Source of the DNA: Minisyncoccota bacterium
Lineage (GTDB): Bacteria > Patescibacteriota > Minisyncoccia > Phycocordibacterales > SBAW01
DNA length: 64,000 nucleotides
Assembly: GCA_035546615.1 (NCBI GenBank)
Contig: DASZWM010000002.1
Coordinates: 61,661-125,660, forward strand
Direction of reading: 5' to 3'
The notes beneath the pieces are model-generated. The model was not told where the DNA came from, searched no databases, and was given only the letters and a program-made list of their open reading frames with translations. Position 1 is the first letter of the stretch; each line of letters starts with the position of its first letter. The position numbers were made by a program, and so were the translations under genes. Shown here piece after piece: positions 55,934 through 64,000 of the stretch.

Positions 55934-56028
55934 CCAATAGCGACTAGCCACTAGTAAAAACCAATACTATGAAAACTACTGAAAATATCCTCCCTAAACC
56001 CTATTGGCTAGTGGCTAATTCCTAATAT

Positions 56029-58333
<2,305 letters not shown>

Positions 58334-58385
58334 AACCAGCGAGGTCCGACCTTGATATCAAGGTCCGACCTCGCTGAAAACAAGT

Positions 58386-58619
58386 ATGAAAGTCGTAATC
58401 GCAAAAGTTGATGAAGTATATTTCGACGGCGAGGCGCAGTCGCTGACCGCGCCCGGCGTGGAAGGGGAGATGACCATCCTCGGCGAGCACATGCCGATGG
58501 TAACGACGCTCAAGGCGGGCGAACTTATCGTACGCGTCAAAGGCGAGGCGGATAAAAAGTTCCCGGTCGAAGGCGGTGTCCTCGAGATCCGCCACGACGG
58601 CGCTACTGTTATCCTATAA
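58386..58619 (+). CDS. atpC: F0F1 ATP synthase subunit epsilon (beta-sandwich domain only)
   Basis: 77 aa; lacks the C-terminal helical hairpin. Confidence 0.8.
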   Translation: MKVVIAKVDEVYFDGEAQSLTAPGVEGEMTILGEHMPMVTTLKAGELIVRVKGEADKKFPVEGGVLEIRHDGATVIL

Positions 58620-58675
58620 GGGGTGATTTTCTCTAAAAAGCTCTATTGTATTTATAGTGCGCCGCAGCTATGCGC

Positions 58676-58720
58676 ATACACCACCTCGCTCCTATAGGAG
58701 CGAGGTGGTGTATGTGGTTT
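58676..58720 (+). terminator. strong rho-independent terminator of the atp operon (17-bp perfect stem, tata loop)
   Basis: atacaccacctcgctcc-tata-ggagcgaggtggtgtat then gtggttttg. Confidence 0.7.
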
Positions 58721-58724
58721 TGAA

Positions 58725-58752
58725 AAGCAAAAACCCATCGACGCAATGGGTT
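58725..58752 (-). terminator. minus-strand terminator (aacccat-cgacgca-atgggtt + T-run)
   Basis: Hairpin followed on the minus strand by tttttgc, 20 bp after the stop of the small minus-strand ORF. Confidence 0.5.
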
Positions 58753-58774
58753 AGTGCCATGCGTGATGGGCGGT

Positions 58775-59005
58775 CTATTCGGGCTTGATGCCCAGTAGCG
58801 TCACCAAGAATTGCTCTCTGCTGCGGTCGAGGGGGGTAAGAGTGTGGGAAATGGTATTCGGCAGAACCCCTTCGCTCAGGAGATGCCGGGTTTCCTGAAT
58901 CAGTATTCCGCTCAGGCGTTCTTCGTATTCCCGGTTCGACAATCTCCCGGGCGTGAGTCCCGACATACCGAAGGTGATAACTCTGCAAACCGGCTTTCCG
59001 CTCAT
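58775..59005 (-). CDS. hypothetical small protein
   Basis: 76-aa ORF in an AT-rich stretch, followed by its own terminator. Confidence 0.35.
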   Translation of the reverse strand: MSGKPVCRVITFGMSGLTPGRLSNREYEERLSGILIQETRHLLSEGVLPNTISHTLTPLDRSREQFLVTLLGIKPE

Positions 59006-59070
59006 GGTCTCATTCCTCTGTTCAGAGTGGCAGGTAACTTTCTATATAATTATACACCCAACTAAAGTAT

Positions 59071-59098
59071 TTGTCAAGTTTTAGAAATCGTGTAAAAT
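59071..59098 (+). promoter_or_regulatory. near-consensus sigma-70 promoter (TTGTCA-N16-TAAAAT) upstream of tRNA-Ala(GGC)
   Basis: ttgtca 59071-59076, taaaat 59093-59098. Confidence 0.4.
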
Positions 59099-59176
59099 TA
59101 AAAATCTCGGCGGCAGCTTGCGCGATGCGGCTGCACTTGGATTTTCTAAGACGTAGGACGTTAAGAAAATCTCGGC

Positions 59177-59249
59177 GGGCCCGTAGCTCACTTGGTAGAG
59201 CGCTTCCATGGCATGGAAGAGGCAAGGGGTTCGATCCCCCTCGGGTCCA
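59177..59249 (+). tRNA. tRNA-Ala (anticodon GGC)
   Basis: GGGCCCGUAGCUCACUUGGUAGAGC..AUGGCAU..UUCGAUC..CGGGUCC-A; G3:U70. Confidence 0.85.
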
Positions 59250-59276
59250 CAAAAATTCCCGTGCTAACATTAAGCC

Positions 59277-60344
59277 ATGTCCTTTCCGGTTGATATCGTC
59301 AACCTTATCTTGTATTGCGTGCAGCAATTGGGGGTTATGCTCGGCGTGGGTGCCGAGACGGTCATCCTTATCGTCTATTTCCTCTCCCTGCGCGACGGGC
59401 GGATAGAGCCCAAAGAAGAGCAGTTCGGCCGCGCGGTGCACAAGGTGCTCAAGTGGGGCCTTTTGCTCGTTATCGCCTCCGGCTTTCTTATCACCGCTAT
59501 ACATCTGTTCTTCGGCCAGCTCGCTATAATCCTCCAGCCCGCATTCCTTTTGAAATGGCTGCTTATCGGCGCGGTGTGGGGGATGGAAGTGGCGCGCCGC
59601 AGGCAGGTGTTCGCCAACTACCTATGGGAGGGGATTTCAGGCATGAACTGGTACGCGCTGTTCGCGCTCCACATTCTCGCGCCGATCGCCACCTGGGGCG
59701 ACCTGTTGGTGCTGTATGCGATATGGGCCGCGGGGTTCATGGCGTGCTACGTGTCATTCGTGCATGGCATCGGCATACCGGTGCCCGGGTACGCCCGCCC
59801 GCATCCGCGTCCGGACGCAACCGCACCCGCGCAGAAAAAATTCGTCCCGCCTCCTGCGCCCAAGCCCGTATTCAAACCGCAGCCTAAGCCTGTTCCAAAG
59901 CCGGTCATAAAATTCGCTCCGCCGCCTCATATTTCCAAACCCACCCCGCCGCCGGCGCCCAAACCGGCTCCCCTGCCGCCGCCTATGGCTCAGCCGAAAC
60001 CCGCGCCGCCGCCGCTTCCCGAACGCAAGCCTCAGCTGGACCTTCCGGCGCCCGGGCCAATGCCGCCTCCGCCCATGGTTATTCACGCGGAAGCCGTCTT
60101 GCCCGCGACGGTAGCGAAAGCGCCGGTAAAGCCTCCGATGCCGATACCGCAAAAGCCTAAAATGGCCGTCCCGCCCATGCCGCACAAGCCGCAGAATCAG
60201 ATCCCGATTCCGAAAAAGCCGGACGCAAGCGGCGCCCCGCATCACTTCGGCCTGCCCGCTATACGCGTCATGCCGAAGTCGCAGGAGGATGTGGACAATC
60301 AGAACCGCGCGACTGCCGTACAATTAAGCGAGGTCAAGATATAA
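59277..60344 (+). CDS. membrane protein (4 TM) with long Pro/Lys-rich PxxP-repeat C-terminal region
   Basis: 355 aa; KPVPKP / PPAPKP repeats. Confidence 0.6.
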   Translation: MSFPVDIVNLILYCVQQLGVMLGVGAETVILIVYFLSLRDGRIEPKEEQFGRAVHKVLKWGLLLVIASGFLITAIHLFFGQLAIILQPAFLLKWLLIGAVWGMEVARRRQVFANYLWEGISGMNWYALFALHILAPIATWGDLLVLYAIWAAGFMACYVSFVHGIGIPVPGYARPHPRPDATAPAQKKFVPPPAPKPVFKPQPKPVPKPVIKFAPPPHISKPTPPPAPKPAPLPPPMAQPKPAPPPLPERKPQLDLPAPGPMPPPPMVIHAEAVLPATVAKAPVKPPMPIPQKPKMAVPPMPHKPQNQIPIPKKPDASGAPHHFGLPAIRVMPKSQEDVDNQNRATAVQLSEVKI

Positions 60345-60347
60345 CCC

Positions 60348-60965
60348 ATGTCTTTTTTCCACGACAGCACCCAGCGTAAAAAAATAGTCGTTCTCATCGG
60401 CCATCCCGATTCGGACTCGACCATCACGAGCCAGCTCGCGCTTTTGTATGAAGAGTCGGCAAAGAAGGCGGGCCACGAGGTGAAGCGCTTCCACTTGGCC
60501 GAAATGCGCTTCGACCCCATCCTCCACAAGGGGTACAAGGTCATACAGGCGTACGAGCCGGATCTGGTAAAGCTCCAGGAGGCGATAAAATGGTGCGACC
60601 ACTTCGTTATCTTCTACCCCAACTGGTGGTGCACGATGCCCGCGCTCCTGAAGGGCCTCTTTGACCGCATGTGGATGCCCGGATTTGCCTTCAATATGCG
60701 CAAGACAAAGCAGGGGACCCCGGCGCTCGGCTGGTACAAGCGGCTTAAGGGCAAGACCGCGCGGGTGTTCATACTCTCGGGCACGCATCCGCTCCTTATA
60801 TGGTTCTTCTTCGGCGACTACACCAACGAGATAAAGCGGGGGATACTCTGGTTCGCGGGCTTCCGCGTGAGGAGCACCCTGATGGGCCCGTCCGAAACCG
60901 CGCCGGAATGGAAGCGCAACGAATGGCGCCGCAAGGTTACCCACCTCGGCAAGCTCGCGAAGTGA
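60348..60965 (+). CDS. NAD(P)H-dependent oxidoreductase (flavodoxin-like, NAD(P)H:quinone oxidoreductase/azoreductase family)
   Basis: 205 aa; [13 protein letters not shown]...[10 protein letters not shown] motifs. Confidence 0.8.
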   Translation: MSFFHDSTQRKKIVVLIGHPDSDSTITSQLALLYEESAKKAGHEVKRFHLAEMRFDPILHKGYKVIQAYEPDLVKLQEAIKWCDHFVIFYPNWWCTMPALLKGLFDRMWMPGFAFNMRKTKQGTPALGWYKRLKGKTARVFILSGTHPLLIWFFFGDYTNEIKRGILWFAGFRVRSTLMGPSETAPEWKRNEWRRKVTHLGKLAK

Positions 60966-61046
60966 TCCGCTATCACTATATTCATATCTTTACGGGACCT
61001 TTCGCACGAAAGGGCGTGTAATAATTTTGGTATACAGAAGGAGGAA

Positions 61047-61313
61047 TTAAAGAAGTGAGATCGTCAGACGCGCTATGGGAGGAAGCGGGTAGGACAGCCG
61101 GAAAAACGTGAATCCGGAACGGGACTCCTTTTCCAATACTTCTGCCGCTACGAGCTGGCTCAGATGCTTGGAAGTCGACTTATAGGAAAGTCTGAGATGC
61201 TCGGCAATGTCGCCCAGGTTCGCGTCCTTTTCTCCGTTTAAATACCGCACGATGGCAATCCGCCGCCGGTTAGCTAAGGCTTTATGGATCTTCTCCAGTT
61301 CTTTATCGGTCAT
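61047..61313 (-). CDS. ArsR/SmtB family transcriptional regulator
   Basis: 88 aa; HKALANRRRIAIVRYL...ANLGDIAEHLRLSYKSTSKHLSQL winged HTH. Confidence 0.8.
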   Translation of the reverse strand: MTDKELEKIHKALANRRRIAIVRYLNGEKDANLGDIAEHLRLSYKSTSKHLSQLVAAEVLEKESRSGFTFFRLSYPLPPIARLTISLL

Positions 61314-61350
61314 TTTTTCAGCCCTAGCAAATACGGCAAGGATTATAGGG

Positions 61351-61365
61351 CCTTTCGTGCGAAAG
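61351..61365. promoter_or_regulatory. palindrome cctttcgtgcgaaag upstream of the ArsR gene; reverse-complement copy at 60998..61013 downstream of it
   Basis: Same palindromic core on both flanks of the regulator gene; candidate operator and terminator. Confidence 0.4.
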
Positions 61366-61459
61366 AGTCAATAGGGCAATATAGGATCAATACCGGGACT
61401 GGAAAAGAAAAAGGGAACCCCGTCCGGGTTCCCTTTCAATTATGGTGCCGCTCAGGCCT

Positions 61460-62227
61460 TCATGTCGTCTCGTAGCGGCGGAACTGGTTATGCGCGGCGA
61501 AGAGATATTTTTGCGCCGCGTAGACGTCAAGGTCGTCGTGCAGGTCGCGCAGCCGGCCTTCGGCGTCGATGCTGAAGGCGCCGAATTGACGCACAAGTGG
61601 ACGCAATTGCTCGAGGTTGTTCGCCGCAAGTCCGCCCGCGATGCCAAAGCCGACATGTTCGATCTTCTCAAGTTCTGCAAAGCACCGCTTTGCGAACTCG
61701 TAATCGAATCTCTTGCCCTTGCCGGCACTGCCGTCGATGAGCACGTAATCGATGCTGTCGCCGTAGCTGCGTACGCGCTGGGCGATCTTCTTCGCGGAGC
61801 CTTCGCAGGCCTCGATGGCCGTCGGTCCGCACTGAAGTACGATAGTCTTGCGCGTGAAGAAGGATGTCTTCTTGTAGCTTTCCAATATCTTCTTTTCCGG
61901 CCACGGCACGTTTATCTGGAAGCCATGGCAGTGTGGTCCGGCTTCGTCCTGGGCGCGAAACATGTCGCCTACCAGCTTTTCCTGTTCATCTGTTGCGAAG
62001 TGCAGCAGATTGAGCACATTGTGACGATCGAAGAAGATGTCGCTGATGCGGTCCGATTTCGGATACCGGCGCGGATATTTATTGGGCATGCCGCGCAGCG
62101 TCTTGCCGCTGACCAGCACGCCCACCATCACAAGCTGTTGGGCGCCCAGCGGAAGTGCCGCGAGCACCGGATGTATTTCTTCCCGGTTCATAAAACCGGT
62201 CACTCCAATGTACGATGCGGGGCGCAT
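61460..62227 (-). CDS. TIM-barrel protein of the phosphoribosylanthranilate isomerase (TrpF)-like family
   Basis: DGSAGKGKRFDYE and GFGIAGGLAANNL resemble TrpF signature segments; start taken at the internal Met. Confidence 0.45.
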   Translation of the reverse strand: MRPASYIGVTGFMNREEIHPVLAALPLGAQQLVMVGVLVSGKTLRGMPNKYPRRYPKSDRISDIFFDRHNVLNLLHFATDEQEKLVGDMFRAQDEAGPHCHGFQINVPWPEKKILESYKKTSFFTRKTIVLQCGPTAIEACEGSAKKIAQRVRSYGDSIDYVLIDGSAGKGKRFDYEFAKRCFAELEKIEHVGFGIAGGLAANNLEQLRPLVRQFGAFSIDAEGRLRDLHDDLDVYAAQKYLFAAHNQFRRYETT

Positions 62228-62337
62228 GTATACCTCCCGTTGTTGAGCCAGCGATGATAGTACTGCAAAAACTCCCAAAAAGAAAAGCCGCCCGACAAAA
62301 CGAGGTCGCCGGAGGGCTTTTCGTTAGTGAGGCGGGA

Positions 62338-62625
62338 TCAGGGCAAGGGAAACAGATACATACCGTTATGTCCAACCATGAAGTGAGTTATCTGGCGGCC
62401 GTCGCGGTAGAAATAAACATACGCGCATTCCTTTTTGCCACCCCATTCGTCCATGTCGATGAGCATTCGATCGCCGACTTGGAGATGTCTGCACTGGTCC
62501 CATGCTGCGGGCGGGAATTCGACCTTCGTGCCCTCGTGGAGAACGATATTTACTCGTTCATCCACCGTCCGTACTTCAGCAAATACGTGCTTGATAGATG
62601 CGCCGGCGCTACGAACCTCTGTCAT
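62338..62625 (-). CDS. hypothetical protein
   Basis: About 95 aa; protein-like composition; divergent from ychF. Confidence 0.4.
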   Translation of the reverse strand: MTEVRSAGASIKHVFAEVRTVDERVNIVLHEGTKVEFPPAAWDQCRHLQVGDRMLIDMDEWGGKKECAYVYFYRDGRQITHFMVGHNGMYLFPLP

Positions 62626-62691
62626 GACACTCTCCGTTGTGTACTTAATCAGAAGAGACAATACCATGAAAATATTGTATATTCTAGTCTC

Positions 62692-63642
62692 ATGGCTTTA
62701 AGCATCGGCATTGTCGGGCTCCCTAACGTAGGGAAGTCCACTCTTTTTAACGCCCTCACGCGCAAAAGCGTGTTGGTGGCGAATTACCCGTTCGCTACCA
62801 TTGACCCGTCGGTCGGCGTCGTGGCAGTGCCCGACGAGCGCCGCGAGAAGCTCGCGAAGTTCTCGGAATCGGCCAAGGACATTCCGGCAGCTGTCGAATT
62901 CGTTGATATCGCGGGGCTGGTGAAGGGCGCGTCGGAAGGGGAAGGGCTGGGCAACCAATTCCTCTCGCATATCCGCGAGGTGGATGCTATCGCGCACGTG
63001 GTGCGCATCTTCGACAACCCGAACATCGCGCAGGTGGAGGACACGATAGACCCGGTGCACGATATCGAGCTTATCAATACCGAGCTTGCGCTCGCCGATA
63101 TCGAAACGAAAGATAAGACGCGCCTGCTCGCCTCAAAGCCGATGCTCTACGTGCTCAACAAAGAGTCCGGCGGGCATAACCTCGACGAGAACCCCGGCGA
63201 CGAGCGCTGGGTGCGCCTCATGGAGTTTTTTGAAAAGAATAACGCCAAGTATGTCATCGTGGACGCGAATGTCGAATCCGACTTGCGCGAGCTCGATACC
63301 GGCGACAAGACCTCGTTCCGCCGCGAGTACGGGATATTCGAGGACGGGCTCGACGCGCTTATCCGCGCGGGCTACGACTTGCTCGGCCTTATGAGCTTCT
63401 TCACGACCGGCAAGGACGAGACGCGCGCGTGGACCATTGTCCGGGGCTCAACGGCCCCAACTGCAGCTGCGGCAATCCACACTGACTTTAGAGACAAGTT
63501 CATTCGTGCCGAAGTCATCGGCTGGGACAAATTAATCGAGGCGGGAAGCTGGACAAAAGCGCGCGAGCTTGGTGCCATACGCACGGAAGGGAAGGAATAT
63601 ATCGTACAAGACGGCGATGTTATGGAGTTCCTCCACGGCTAA
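62692..63642 (+). CDS. ychF: redox-regulated ATPase YchF (Obg-family GTPase) with C-terminal TGS domain
   Basis: Internal ATG (MALSIGIVGLPNVGKSTLFNALT); the track ORF 62215.. is an upstream extension. Confidence 0.9.
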   Translation: MALSIGIVGLPNVGKSTLFNALTRKSVLVANYPFATIDPSVGVVAVPDERREKLAKFSESAKDIPAAVEFVDIAGLVKGASEGEGLGNQFLSHIREVDAIAHVVRIFDNPNIAQVEDTIDPVHDIELINTELALADIETKDKTRLLASKPMLYVLNKESGGHNLDENPGDERWVRLMEFFEKNNAKYVIVDANVESDLRELDTGDKTSFRREYGIFEDGLDALIRAGYDLLGLMSFFTTGKDETRAWTIVRGSTAPTAAAAIHTDFRDKFIRAEVIGWDKLIEAGSWTKARELGAIRTEGKEYIVQDGDVMEFLHG

Positions 63643-63674
63643 TTAAGAAGCGGAGTTTTTGCACGGGTAAGTAT

Positions 63675-63714
63675 AAAAACTAAGATCCGGCGCGTCTTAC
63701 AAGACGCGCCGGAT
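63675..63714. terminator. 12-bp perfect hairpin (tccggcgcgtct-tacaa-gacgcgccgga) with A-run, so T-run on the minus strand
   Basis: Between convergent ychF and the minus-strand small ORF. Confidence 0.55.
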
Positions 63715-63730
63715 GCCTGCTGCCCGCAGC

Positions 63731-63961
63731 CTACCTGCGGACTACGCCGAACAGGGTCTGCACGCCCAATCCGGACTTCTGCCGGTACGGGTACGCAAGA
63801 ATATCGTACACCGCGACCAGGGTGAGAATGAGGGCGATGAAGGCCCAAAGCATGACCGTCATGATCCCATATCCCATCCGCGTCATCCGAGACGGCGGCG
63901 GGTTTTCGTGCACGCGGCGCGGAACGCTTCCCGGGCCGGCGTCAATCGTGTTGTTGAACAA
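63731..63961 (-). CDS. hypothetical small membrane protein
   Basis: 76-aa ORF with one TM helix. Confidence 0.35.
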   Translation of the reverse strand: MFNNTIDAGPGSVPRRVHENPPPSRMTRMGYGIMTVMLWAFIALILTLVAVYDILAYPYRQKSGLGVQTLFGVVRR

Positions 63962-64000
63962 GATCTCCTCCTCGTTTTTGAACGCCTCTTACTCTAACAC

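Overview
This 64 kb window is a high-GC (roughly 60%), gene-dense bacterial chromosomal segment with genes on both strands and no rRNA, CRISPR array, transposase or integrase visible.

**Housekeeping content.** DNA repair and replication genes (dprA, dnaX, uvrB, uvrA, a short uvrC, and a DnaA-like gene lacking the ATPase domain), translation-related genes (serS, dus, tgt, ychF, a DEAD-box helicase) and cell-wall genes (ddl, ftsQ-like, two M23 and two tandem M14 peptidases). There is a complete cytochrome bo3 quinol oxidase operon (cyoABCD plus heme O synthase cyoE) and a complete F1Fo ATP synthase operon (atpBEFHAGDC) with a very short delta subunit. Also present are redox and repair genes (msrA, a VKOR-family gene (the DsbB-like disulfide-bond oxidoreductase family), SIMPL, VOC-family genes, GST, an NAD(P)H oxidoreductase), two ArsR regulators, a GcrA cell-cycle regulator homologue and an AbrB-family regulator.

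**Surface genes.** A 739-aa protein built from about five HYR (hyalin-repeat)/Ig-like repeats sits next to a type IV pilin.

**RNA genes.** Seven tRNAs are found: Gln-UUG, Ala-CGC, Pro-CGG, Val-CAC, Ala-UGC, Ala-GGC, plus tRNA fragments.

**Most unusual regions.**
- A roughly 3 kb AT-rich island of four tightly packed genes of unknown function, encoding membrane or secreted proteins, immediately downstream of tRNA-Gln (9526..12514).
- A tRNA cluster (45486..46092) holding two tRNAs with an identical non-canonical T-loop, complementary 5' and 3' halves of a third Pro-like tRNA split by the intact tRNA-Pro, and a run of perfect hairpins. It sits directly upstream of the cyo respiratory operon.
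- A 1 kb non-coding, hairpin-rich gap between uvrB and uvrA containing a perfect sigma-70 consensus promoter (TTGACA-N17-TATAAT).

Several traits are reminiscent of Patescibacteria/CPR-like small-genome bacteria: many enzymes anchored by an N-terminal TM helix, the pilin plus HYR giant protein, and truncated UvrC, delta and epsilon. Taxonomy cannot be established by eye, and the cyo operon would be atypical for that group.
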